A stretch of 64,000 nt of DNA from Podarcis erhardii (lineage: Eukaryota), in NCBI GenBank assembly GCA_964252035.1, contig OZ176203.1. One strand, 5' to 3'. The notes beneath the pieces are model-generated. The model worked only from the letters and a program-made list of their open reading frames with translations, did not search any database and was not told where the DNA came from. This document shows positions 49,222 through 61,734 of the stretch, piece by piece. The position numbers were made by a program, and so were the translations under genes. Within the stretch, counting starts at the first letter, position 1; the number at the start of each line of letters is the position of its first letter.

Positions 49222-50088
49222 CCGTACTTTTCCATGTATAAGCAAGGTTTGTTTTACTGTAACATAATGTTCAAAATGGGGGGTCGTCTTATACATGGAT
49301 AGTGCAGATGGGGAATGAGCGATTGGTTGCAGCGCTAGCAGGAGCTTGTCAGCAGCGGTTGTGCGTGTGATTGGTAGCTGTGGCAAAGGCTGCTGTGGAT
49401 TGACTACTGTTGTGGCAATTGGGCAATCCCCTCCAAAAAAAACCCTGAAAAAACCTGGGCACTCCTTGTGACGTTAACATAAGAGCGCTGGAGGTGAAAT
49501 AGTTAAACAGGTTACCCAATCAGAACCCAGGGGGGTGGAGTCAGAGGGACCATAAAACCAGGTCTGGGAGGGGTGAAGGGGAGAGTTCGTTGGGAGTTGG
49601 GTGGTTGGTTGGAGTGGGAGTGAATTGGGATAGAGTGTGGGTAGGTTGAGTTAGTGTAGCGAAATAAGCTGAGTCAGGAAGTAGGAAGACAAGTAAATAT
49701 CTGAGAGGTGATTTAGCGACTGGGAGCAGGTAGCGGAAGTTATAGGTCTGGATAGGCACCCCATGATTGTAATGGACCGATACCGTTTATGAAACCACAC
49801 ACTTGTTAAACTGCAATAAATAAACAGAAGTTTATGTTCCAATTTAACCCTGACTGGACTCGGTATTGTACCAGGTGGGGCCTGGGTGGTGGCAGCAAGA
49901 AATAAGATGGTGGCACAGGGATCAATAGACGGTGAAACGTCCGGAGACCCTGTGTGATCACCACACTCCCAACCCAACCTTTTTGCTCAACAACTCTGGG
50001 CCATCTCTCCCCATTTTCTTAAATTGGAGGCCCCCCAAATAGGGGTTGTCTTATACACGGGGGCACGTTATACATGAAAAAAATACAG
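49222..50088. mobile_element. Tc1/mariner (pogo-like) non-autonomous element split by an LTR insertion
   Basis: TA|CCGTACTTTTCCATGTATAA...TTATACATGAAAAAAATACAG|TA; internal gtcttataca sub-terminal repeats. Confidence 0.78.
49467..49965 (+). mobile_element. Solo LTR, 499 bp
   Basis: TGTG...CACA termini; TSD CTCCT / CTCCC; CCAAT ~49517, cataaaa ~49551, AATAAA 49815-49820. Confidence 0.85.
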
Positions 50089-51375
50089 TATGTACACCTA
50101 CTCTTGTCCCTTAGCAAAAAGGTATGTGTGCCCACAAGGGAGCAATGGACGTCTCTTACAACAGGGCTCATTTACTTGGGTCCCAGTTTGCAGTATGACT
50201 TGGTTGGATTTGGTTGACATTTTCCTTAATGGGGAAACATTAGAACCTGTCAAGTGGAGAGAAGTGACAGCTGTAGGCTGCGTAAGTGGCTTAATTGGGA
50301 TTTCTTCCATTAATGCCCTTAGCAGACCCAATAGTGCTCCTAGCAATCTTTAGGTGGCATGTAAAACATATTCACACAAATTAGTGTCACAGTAGCATGA
50401 AGAGGCCATCAATATTTTCTCCTTTCTATAATTTCAGTTCTAACTCTCCCCCCCCCCCACTTTGTTTTTTAATGGATAATGCAGCTCTGCTTAAAGAAGG
50501 TTGATTTGCTTCCCAAATGAATAAGCTGATTATATCATATTATAGTGCATTTGTGTAGACAGAACTGTCAATCTGTCAGCTTGTCATCAGATTCTTATAA
50601 TCTTAACTGTTGAATAGTTTGTAACTGAGCATTAATACTGTAATGGCTTTTCCCCTCACTGAAATATCTGCATCTTAAAAAGGTTGTGCAACAAGTTATC
50701 AACAGGCAAGCTTCAAAGTTTGATATACACATTTTTGCTATTGTTTCCCCCTAATACAATGCATTTCTAAATTATATGTGCATTTTTGTACACATTGGTA
50801 GGAGAATTACATCACAAAATTCAGAGAAATAAAAAATTTGAAGGATAGTTGCATTTCGGCTTGCATATTGGTCCAAATTAGAGAAGTGTGAATTGGGTAG
50901 TTTCTTATTAACATTAAATTTCTTGCCTGTCACTACTGTCAGCTGTCTCCTGCTGCTGTTTTCTGCAGATGCAATAGAGGCGGTGAAGAAAGTCTTCTTC
51001 GCCATCGCTATCCCCACTTGGTAGGCTTGACATTGAGCTCTAACCGTGTCCAGTCAGCTTCAGAATGAGTTAATCCGCTACCGGCTCTCTAGCTGTCTCA
51101 GTGATTGTTTCATTGCCCTCAGATCCATGGAAAACCATGGGGCTGTCCAGGCTCCATGCAATCAGAGAGGGCGCTTCAGAGCCAAACAGTCAATAGCCCT
51201 GGTTAACTCCACATTCCAGCTGGCCACCAGGGGATCAGCTGAAAGGCCATCAACATGGGATAAAGCGTCCCCTACCACTCTTGGAAACCATTCGGATCCA
51301 TTAAGTGATGGGGGTGGACCCCAGGCTGCATACAGCTGGAAAATCAGTGTGCCTTACCATATATAGGCCCTTCTC

Positions 51376-51511
51376 CAGCACTGGTAACCTGTGGCCTTGC
51401 AGATGTGGCTGAACTACAACTACAGTCATCCCTGGCCACTGGCATACAGGCTGAGTCTGATGGGAGTTGAAGTCCAACAACATCTGGAGGACCACCTGTT
51501 CCTCACTCCTG
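51376..51511. mobile_element. Short palindromic hAT MITE (family of 9450-9585); relatives at ~33720-33848 and 63406-63534
   Basis: Core cagatgt..ctgaactacaact...gggagttgaagtccaacaacatctggag; the 63406-63534 copy has TSD TCGTAGAG / CTGTAGAG. Confidence 0.75.
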
Positions 51512-53391
51512 AACTCTGCTGAAAGTGTGGAACATATTACTAGCAACAGTAGACCTGGTCCTTTTCTCAGCTGCCCAGTGAATGTATGAAAAAGACTCTC
51601 GTTCCTCCTCAAATGGATCTGATGTACATCCTACATGCACCCGAGCCCCACAATTCACACATATACAGCACCTACATATCCGAACTGCAGGAAATGGCAA
51701 TCAAGGGGCCTGTGCAATATGACAGATTTCCATGTACAAGATTCCCATTTTCAATATGGACAGAGAGGTCCCTGCTTTATTCACACCACTGAGGTCTGAT
51801 TTTGCATTCCTATGCCAAGCCGATAACACAGGAAGCTGCTAAGCCATCTGTCAACAAGCAATGCAGAGGGGGGGGAAAGGAGAACCAGATGGAAACATTG
51901 TGCTTCCCCTTAAGTGGCTATTGGAAAGTGACACGTAACAGGAGATTCCTTGTAAAATGAAAAATGCTTGAGGTGTACAATGATAGCCAACTAACAGTAA
52001 CATGTGTTCTTCTTGATAAGGGCTCCTTTTGTGAGGCTGAGTATCCCAATCAGTCTGAAGCCAAAGCTTTGAAATGTGCAGCTGAGGAAGCACATGGAAC
52101 AAAGTGAAAATGGGCTTCCTCAAGACTGGTTTTTTTAGAGGATTTTCCAGTACGGTTTGCAAGGAGTAACACCTGTGTGATTAAAGTTCAGACTGGAATA
52201 AAATCATGGCCAATAAAGCACTGCAAAGCTCTGAAAACAACCAGTCTTCTAAACTATTATACAATGGTATAATCAAATGATATAATCAAATCTGGGCAAT
52301 TGTTAACAAAACTTAACGTATTATGAAAAGAAGCAAAGAAGGATGAGCACTTAATTTATTAATTTTTAAATGGAGACTATTTATAAATCACCAGACTGCA
52401 TCAATCCAGGATAATGCTCAGCCATATTTTTTTTTGCTTATTTTTTCCTTTGGCATATATAATTTTTCTTGCTCTTTTTTCTTGTGGTTTTTTTCTTATT
52501 GTCAAAGAGAGAATCAATGGACGAAGAGAACTGATCTAGCTCGTACTACTGAATAAACAAATATGAGCAGTCCTTGTATTTTAAAAAGGTCTAGACTAAT
52601 TTGACCCGCTGTCATACCTGATGGTGGCAGAAGGGCTTGTAATCAGGGAAAGGAACCAGATTTTTAATGAGAAAGTCACCCACCTATTTTTGAATAGTAG
52701 ATGAAAATACACTGACATAAAAACCGACTTATAAGGCACAGCATAACAGCTGTATTCATGAGCCCACTAGGGCAGAGCCACACTATGCATTTAAAGCTTA
52801 TTCACTGCACATTCACAAAGCATTCTGGGAAATGCAGTTTGTTAAGGGTGCTGGTAATTGCAGCTCTGTGGTGGGGAAACTACAGTTCCCAGGATGCCAT
52901 GTGCTTTAAATGTGCATTGAATAAGCTTTATATGTACTTCAGTTGCTGCTTGGGGAATCTCCATTCTGTGATCACATCTTAATTCAATGGATGCTCTGGC
53001 CCACGCTGCAGCAGGGATTTCCTATATTACAGTATTATGAAATCTGATGTTTCTAGATCTTCCCGGTCCGACATTTCTGTTCTTACATGGAAACCTTCTC
53101 CAACTTGGTACCCTCCAGATTTTTGGGGAGTGCAGATTTACTAATGCAAATTGCCTTGAGATGTCTAATGAGAAATGACCCACAGATATCATAAATATCA
53201 ATAAATACTAGCATGGCTGTGCTAAAGGCTTGGGCTGATAGGAGTTGCAATCTGGAGGGCACCAGATTGGCAAAGCTTGTTTATGGGACCGATCCACTGC
53301 TATGAATCACCTCATTACACACAACACATACGTAAACTTTTTAGTGCTTTAATACATTTTATTAATGTATTAAATACATTATTTATTTAAT

Positions 53392-53722
53392 GTTAAACCA
53401 CAGAACCTTGGACTTGCCGATCAGAAGGTTGGTGGTTCGAATCCCCATGACGGGGTGAGCTCCCGTTGCTCAGTCCCTGCTCCTGCCCACCTAGCAGTTC
53501 GAAAGCACATCAAAGTGCAAGTAGATAAATAGGTACTGCTCTGGCGGGAAGGTAAATGGCGTTTCCATGCACTGCTCTGGTTCACCAGAAGCGGCTTTGT
53601 CATGCTGGCCACATGACCCAGAAGCTGTACGCTGGCTCCCTCAGCCAATAAAGCGAGATGAGCGCTGCAACCCCAGAGTTGGCCACAACTGGACCTAACG
53701 GTCAGGGGTCCCTTTACCTTTA
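53392..53722 (+). mobile_element. Sauria SINE, slightly 5'-truncated
   Basis: gttaaaccacagaaccttggacttgccgatcagaaggttggtggttcgaatcccc...ggtcaggggtccctttaccttta. Confidence 0.93.
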
Positions 53723-56700
53723 TATATTAAATTAAATTGCCATTTAATACAATACACTGGGTAGAAGTCAGTATCATGTTATTACAACCGTTTTCCATCT
53801 GCCACATGCAATGATCCCCCCTCTCCTTCCCCCACGCTCTTTCTGGGGGTCCTCTCATCCTCCCCAGAGCCAATTTCGGGGGGGGCAAGGGCCCCCTTGT
53901 GCAAGCTGAAGTCCTTACGCAACACTTCCATTGGTGTGGTGTATTAGATGAACCCTGCACAGTATGTACTTTGAAAATAATTTTTGTTTCCTGTTATCTG
54001 TTTTGTGCCTGCACTAGTTAAAGTGAACAGCACTGCCTCTCGTCCTCCACATCCTTTCTAACCTCAAATGTATTTATCTCCCTAAGCCCTTGGGGAGATA
54101 AATACACGCCGGGCTCCAAAAGCAACTGAGGTGATGGAACCAACGCAAGTAGTTAAGAAAACTGCAGACCTAGTTTATTTTTTCAACTGCTGCTATTGTT
54201 GTGATAGCGGCTCCCTTCTGTTCAATTACAGCATGCACAATTTTGCACCTGCAATTAATTGCCGGCATTTATCCTTCTAACTGTGGGCTAAATTGCAGCT
54301 GCAGAAGCAGAGACAGTAACTGAAATGCCGCTGAAGATCAGACTAATATATGCCTCACGCATAACTACATCAGACTTAATTCTATGCTTCGCAGGCTTTT
54401 AAAAACCTATTATAAGGTAATTAATATCAAATGTACCGGTACTTCTTCAGCCGTCTTTCAAGCTGAGGATACTCTCAGGGTTTCTTTGTCACCTGAACAA
54501 TCAGCAAGAGCCACACCAGATCTCTAAAGTCTTTTTGGGAGCCCAATCAGACATGTACGAGTTTGTTAAACATGAGCTGGGCTATAGAGAGAGGGTGGGA
54601 TAGGTCAACTTTTAATATAAAATGGAGCGCACCTGCCTTACTCACTACTGTGCTTTCAGCTGGTTTTCCCCAGCCCACTTCCAGTGCTGAAAGGGAGCCA
54701 GGCAGTGGTGTTGATGGCAAGCAGCAGAATACCAATGAATATTTAGGGCCGGGGAAATGGTAATGTGTGGAAGCTGAGGTGCCAAATGTACATGCAGAAA
54801 AATCAGAGCTGAACAGCTCATTTACTGAGGCCCCTGTCTGGAAGCACCTGCATTCTCCTAGAGATGAAATTTAAAATAATTATAATAATGGATTGATTCA
54901 AAGAAATGTGAGCACAACTCTGAGTAGAACACTCGGGCACTGCACACTACTCCAGTGCCGGATGAATACTTATTTATTTAGTGTTTCCAAGCCAATCTAA
55001 TTCCCCAAGGAAATCCTTTTGTTTTTCTCAAAAAAATCCGACAGCTGGGGAAAAAAAGCAAAAAAAAAAAAAAAAATAATCGCCGTTGCTTCAGCATTTC
55101 ACAGAGCTCCTCAAAGACATGCTCCAAGCCACCTAAGACCATTTTAGAAAGCATCTTCCCCTAAGATAAAGCAGAGACAGTGACTGAACAGAAACAGACA
55201 CCATAAATAGGTACGGTTGGCGCATACATGGTTAAGTGAGAAATGCAGGCCCCTATTGGACAGTGCCTATGCCGTCACTGGTAGTGAACTTCCTTTCCCA
55301 AAGCTGCATCATTACATGAATGGTTAGAACATTTGATTGAGAACTGCTCGCCTACTAGGAGTATTTTTTCAAAACATAGCTCTAAAAGCAGCCCTGTACT
55401 GCTGTCTTTCCATTTAAAAAGAAAATTCAGTACGGGGGTGTTTATACTGTCTGTGCATATGTAACACTGGAGAACTCATTCAACCTCTTCCCCTTTCCCC
55501 CCAATGGTGAACAGCAACATCTTGAGGGACAACAACCTTCCTCCTCTCTCCACCAAGAGGGCATAAGCCCTACTTGGGTCACTCAGTTCCCATGGAGCAG
55601 GAGTAGAACTACTTTCTCACCCTCACCAGTTATGCAGTGGCAGCACACCTAAGGAAGGAAGCCTGTCATACACATGTAGGGTTGTTCACACAATGAGGAG
55701 AACCTGTGTACATAGATAAAACTCCCTTTTCCAGACAACACATGTTGGTGGGGTGCCAGCAGGGCCACTGGGACAAGGGGCACTTGTGGCAGCTTCAAAA
55801 ACTTATTATTTCATGGACAAAAGCTGTAACTTGCATGGCAGAGAATTCCACACATGTTACTTTTTTCTGTCCAAAGGACAGTAACCAAGCCCTTGTGCTG
55901 AAAAACCAGGCAACTGGCTTAGTACTGCATCTGAAATATATTTCTGATATATTGCAACTGGAGCTCTCTCTCTCTTTTTAAAGAGAATGAATACATTCTG
56001 GAGTCTTAAAAAAACCCCAATACAACTCATGTGCTTATAACAAATGCAACATCTACTATATTTCATGTGCTTTATATTCATTTAAACACACAAAGCACTG
56101 ACCTAACAATGAAAAGAACAAAGAGCACCAGCATGCAAATATTCTCCTTTATCCTTCCCAACAAAGAATCCACCTATTTGCCTCACAGAATGTGGGTGTG
56201 TAACTAAGCAGTGAGTGCTTAACTAGGAAGCAGCAGCTCTGACACAAACAGAACCGTCAGAATGAGAGTGTGTGCTGTAACAAAACACGGTCACAGACCC
56301 TTTAATAGACCCTTTTAAGTTGCAATTTGAAGTTTCTTTAGAGCACAGCCTTCCGCATGATGACAATCTCATTTGGAATAGTTTGGACAAAGGAAAGGGA
56401 AGAATTACCTACTTACAACTGAACATTCTGATTACAGGCACCAATTGGTACAGCACAAAATGTGACAATTGTTTGGGTGAGTGTTCTGGGCATGGGTTTT
56501 ATCTGGAACAGGACACCCAGGCGTTTTGATGAAAACTCTTACGAGACAACAAAGGAGTCTGGGACACTCCAATATTTCATTGTGATACCACACAGACTAC
56601 TTTTTGCCAGGAGCACAGCAAATAAAAGGAATTGCAGATTGCTACTGGACTACAAGGGCTACTTGGCAGTATCTTCCATGCTTTTCAGAAAGACAATACC

Positions 56701-58286
56701 CAGCTATTGCTTTAAAAGTTCACAGGTTAAATCACTGTTCTCCAACAAAGTATTTCTGTTAGCTCAAGGGTTTCCATTTATGTAATGCAACTTGTCCACT
56801 TCCCACACACCCTCCGGAGGGTTGGGGAAAACTGCAGAACATATTTAGGGAGCGTGCATATATTAGTGAAAATAACACATCAAAATGCACTCTATTTGGG
56901 GAAATTGCTTTGCAAAAATGTGGCAAAACATATACATCCCAAACAGTGTATACTTGGAGAAATTCACACTAAAATGCTGGACTTTCATGAGGGCTTTGTA
57001 AAGAAACTCACAAACTGATGTGGGAATGTGGAGAACTGAACTTAAGACCGCAAAAGCCATCTCAGACCCTATGATATGCAGGTAAGGCGTGGTTACCAAG
57101 GACAACCCAGCTGGCAGTGACCTATGACTGGGCCTTTTCAGTGATGCTTTCCCATTTGTAGAATGCCCTCCCTATGAGGCGCATCTGTCTCCATCACTGT
57201 CAACTTTCAGGTTGAGAAACACTGCATTAAACTACCAGGAATATTCATAAACCAGAAAATAATCCTATTGAGGTCGATGATTAATCAGCTCAGTAATGGT
57301 ACAGGCAGTCCACAGCTCTCCACTCCTGCTCACGTTCACCACTGCTTAAGATGCTGCTTGAAACTCAAGGCAAACTTAACAGGCTGAGATTCAACACTGT
57401 GTGTAGACAAGCTTTGTGTAACAATTGCAAGTTGAGTTCAGAATCTACCTCAAGGACTTGGATGGCTCCAAACCAGGAGCTGCCCATGTCCTGTGGGGGT
57501 TTAGACTCTGAACATTACAAACGTCAAAATTCCCTTTGGTTTCAGAAGCAGTGTGGAAGGCAATGACTTACTGCTCGAGAAAAGGCACCACTATGATATG
57601 CTGCATGCACAGAACCACTTGTGCAGTTGTTTTGATCCAGGTCTGGAAACCCTGCCCATTAGACATTGCCAGCAGAAGCCTTGTCAAACCTATAGCCTTT
57701 TCTTTCATTTTTTTCTTGATTGTACTATGCAGTTTCCAGGTTCGTTCTCAACAGACCTCCTGATGAGAAATGCCATTCAAAAGCAGCTGGGGCAATCACT
57801 ACCTGTAACTGTCTCAACCTTATGAAATGGAATTCTGAATACCTTGAAACAGCTGAGATGCACAGGCTGTCTTCTAAGTGACGGAATGCTGTGACCACAT
57901 TTTACGGCTTGTTTACAGCATATTATTCATTCAGTGATATGCCGCTTGTATGCCAATATGGTATATACTGTATCAGAATACTTCAGCGCCTCTCACATTC
58001 TAAAGCAGAATCTATGAAATAAAATCCTTTAACTTTGTATTATTTTTAAAAAAGACACTCAAGCTGGCAAGTTGCAGTCTAAATCACATCTCAAAAGTAT
58101 GGATACTTTTTCCCATAGTAAAAAGGTCGCCTTAATTTAGTTCAAAAACAAACAAACCCACCCACCCAGCTATCAATCAGAGATTCCTTCAAGAGAAAAT
58201 TGCCCCGTTGTCAAAGGACAACTCCAGCAATGGAATCCCATTTTTGGTTCAGTAGGTCACTACACTCATCTTACACTACAAAGTAA

Positions 58287-58659
58287 GGTAAAAGTAAAGG
58301 ATGGTTAAGTCAAGTCAAAAGTAACTATGGGGTTGTGGCGCTCATCTCGCTTTCAGCCAAGGGAGCCAGTGTTTGTCCACTGACAGTTTTCAGAGTCATG
58401 TGGCCAGCATGACTAAACTGCCACTGGTGCATGGAAGACCATGACAAGTGTCAGAGTGCCTAGAAATGCCGTTTACTTTCCTGATGCAACGGTACCTATT
58501 TATCTACTTGCACAGGCGTGCTTTCGAACTGCTAGGTTGGCAGGAGCTGGGAGCTCACCCCGTCGCAGGGATTCGAATCGCCAACCTTCCGATCAACAAG
58601 CCCAAGAGGCTCAGTGGTTTAGGCTCATTGGTTTAGACTACAGCGCCACCCGCGTCCCA
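58287..58659 (-). mobile_element. Sauria SINE with 14-bp TSD
   Basis: Reverse complement of the GGGACGCGGGTGGCGC head at 58643-58658; TSD ACACTACAAAGTAA at 58273-58286 and 58660-58673. Confidence 0.92.
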
Positions 58660-59530
58660 ACACTACAAAGTAACTCATTACCTTCACTGTGAAGATATTG
58701 TGTTTCCACCAGTTTAAATGCACTGGAGGAGAACTGTGGTTATGCAGGGACTCCACAGTTATGATTTGTTGCACAATGAAGTCACATTATGAAAGGTGAG
58801 CTCTGAGAATTATCCAAAGATATTTTGGCTTTGGTCATGTACATCCTTAGCTAGTAACTAGAACAGTCGAAAGGATCACTTCCAACTGGAAGGGGAAGCT
58901 AAACTCCAGGGTTGCATGGCACAACAGGATGCAGTGAGCTCCCCAGATCCCCCTGGGGATTTTTGCCTCATAAATCCTGGCTTTTCCCTGCCTGAACCTC
59001 CTTGCTGTCGACAGAGGGCAGCAAGGAACAACCACCATTGACTTGTGAAGTGACTGGAAACCTCCTCCATCCATTCCTGCTCTCCACCTTCTTTCTGGAC
59101 AGAGGAGGACTGAAGGACGTATGGTAGGAATTGTTGGGTGAGCTTTAGGGGCCTGTACTGGACAGAGGGTTCTCACTATGGCTTATGTGGCACATGTACG
59201 GAAGCAGAACCAAGAAAGGCTTTCAGCTTGGAGGAGCAAGTTTTGCAGTGTGTCCTCTTCCTCGCCATGCATCACGATGTCATCACCCAATGACATCTAC
59301 GCTGACAGTCAAGGCAAGCAGCTAGAAGGAGTTTGCAGAGGACATATTTATCACTGACAAGGTAAGGAAGTGTCACCATAATAAGGCTAGACGTGTTAAT
59401 ATTTGCACTTTGTGGAAAATATCAAGCCAGCTTGTTCTTCAGTGTGCCAAGTGATTCAGTAGTTCTCAAACCAGCTTCTTCCAATGCACTGCAAGTCACA
59501 ACCAAATTTTGCACTGAGCAAGGATGCTGC

Positions 59531-59694
59531 TCATGTTTTGAGCTTCTTTGTCTGCCCATTTGATTCATGCTGCGGGTCCTTTCTCTTACTCTTCCGCTGC
59601 TGAAGTCTCTCTTCTTTCTTTTGGAGGTAAACAGCCATGTTATCAAAAGAAGCCTTGTAGAGATTTTGGTAGCAACTTTCTTTGCCAACGGAGC
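59531..59694 (-). CDS. WDR4: WDR4 last coding exon with stop
   Basis: Minus strand ctacag|GC...TGA; (G)[53 protein letters not shown] vs human ...[23 protein letters not shown]... Confidence 0.95.
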
Positions 59695-60982
59695 CTGTAG
59701 AAGAGAGAATTGGAACAGGCTCATAGGCATGTGTTTTTCACGCACTGAGGGTCTGTTTTCTGTGCATGTCAAGAAAGGAGACTTAAAACCTTAAAACTGA
59801 ATTTGTACAACCAATAATAAGCCAATGTGAGTACTAAAGGGGCACTGGGTGCTTTGGGAAGGAGAAAATAGGCAACCACAAATGCTAAGAAAGTAAAAAT
59901 TGCTTTGTTAGATCAGGCCATGGTCTTGGCTTTCTGCCTTGAACTGTTATCATGATTTTGGGTTTTTTTTAATGACATTAATTAGTACGCTGCCCTGTTA
60001 CCCCACAGAAGTCAAATGTGTTATAAGAGAAGCTGATATGGCTCAGTAGAGAAGATAATAAAAAATAATAATTTACATATCTATTAGCCTTTCCACTTGA
60101 CTGGACAACGTTAAGGCTTTGCTAGATTTTCTTTTCAGCAACAATTCATTCAAGGTTTAAATATTCCTCTCCCATCTCGTAACAGAAGAGAAATTGTGAT
60201 TGTCTGCTGAAGAACTATCAAAGCTGGAGGGGGGCAGACAGCTATTAACATTTTGACAATAAAAAGATAACTACCTTTTCTATAGGGGTAAAGACACTAA
60301 TTAAGCATCTGGAACTATCAAGCTCCCTTGTGCTAATTAGCTGCAAGAATCACTGTAATCTTAATAGCCCCTTTCCCCCAGCTGCTGATACACTTAGGAT
60401 CTCTGCATGAAACTATAATTTGAGATCTAGGAAAACTATTTTGCTATGTTCTCACATTATTCAATGGTTCTTTTGAGGGTACTATTGATTAGCTGGATTT
60501 TTTAGATCTCACCTGACCTCAACAGCTCAAGGCAGCATGTAACAAAAACCAAAAAAGAGCCAGCTACCAAAGTATATTACTTTCTCTTTTCCACAATGCT
60601 GAGGAACCTTAGCATCTTTGCCACATGACCCCACCCTGTTGCAAAGGTTTCTGGGAATGTACACTCAGTCCAAGTGCTTAGGCTATTGGACCAAAACAAG
60701 GTGTACCCATCACAGTCTTGTGGCTATAAATTGCAAAGTTGTGTAGTGGATGACAAGTTGGGGGATGATTGCTCATCATTACAGATTTTCTCAACGTGGG
60801 AATTCCCGATTAGCTTTCAAATTATGTTAAATGTAACATCAATTAGCCTTTGGTCAATTAAACAATCTATGGCCATTTAAACTGTGGGAGGGGTTATTGT
60901 TTTTGTTCTTTACTGTTATATGTATTTTTGTATTTCTATATTGTAAAACACCTTGTGAACCTCAGATGAAGGGTGGTATAGA

Positions 60983-60985
60983 AAA

Positions 60986-61028
<43 letters not shown>

Positions 61029-61029
61029 A

Positions 61030-61069
<40 letters not shown>
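60983..61069. repeat. Compound (AAAT)n(AAT)n microsatellite grown from an L2 tail
   Basis: Directly follows tgtaaaacaccttgtgaacctcagatgaagggtggtatag, an L2-type 3' terminus. Confidence 0.9.
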
Positions 61070-61071
<2 letters not shown>

Positions 61072-61317
61072 ACCCTGGCTTTATAATACCCTTTCCACTC
61101 CCTTTCTCCCTCACATAATTACTCCAAAGGCTTGCCCAACATACCAAATCTCAGCTGACAGCAGGGATGGGTGAACTTCCATGCACTTCCACTCTCAGAA
61201 CCAAGCCTCCTCAAAAAGTTACTTTTTATGAATGCTGTGAGATGCACTCTCCTCAAATCCTATCTTGACACCCCCTTTAAATGGTGTCTTCTTGGCCTTT
61301 ATACTCAACCGCCTTAC

Positions 61318-61387
61318 CTTCAAATGCTGTCCAGTTGTCACGGATGCACTTTGACATTTTAATCAACCCTCTCTCTTCAGTAGAAGA
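61318..61387 (-). CDS. WDR4: WDR4 penultimate coding exon, 70 bp
   Basis: Minus strand ttttcag|TCT...GAAG|gtaagg; SSTEERGLIKMSKCIRDNWTAFE(G) vs human [23 protein letters not shown](G); phases fit both neighbours. Confidence 0.9.
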
Positions 61388-61500
61388 CTGAAAAAAGGAA
61401 AGGACAACTCTTGAAATCCCCATATTAAGCGCATCGATTTTCATACCGGAAACCATGTGCTGGGCACAGCCCTCCCAAAATCTTCCATGATTTGCCCCAA

Positions 61501-61502
<2 letters not shown>

Positions 61503-61538
<36 letters not shown>
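61503..61538. repeat. (TG)n microsatellite
   Basis: Direct reading. Confidence 0.95.
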
Positions 61539-61541
<3 letters not shown>

Positions 61542-61734
61542 CAATCTTTTCACAAAGAGAATCTGACAACAAAAGAAGGAACAGGCATTCCACTCATATT
61601 TTCAGATAAAGAAACCAAAGTAGCCCTTTGTCATTATTGTATTGATCACCAGGCTGAGCTCTGGCACTGTGCCTTAGGCTGCTGTATATTGACCAGCATG
61701 AAAAATAAAAATGAAACATGCTATTTACATGCTA

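Noticed and set aside
59422-59794. 116-aa (-) and 75-aa (+) ORFs in the track
   Set aside because: Alternative-frame and antisense shadows of the real WDR4 last exon (59531-59694).
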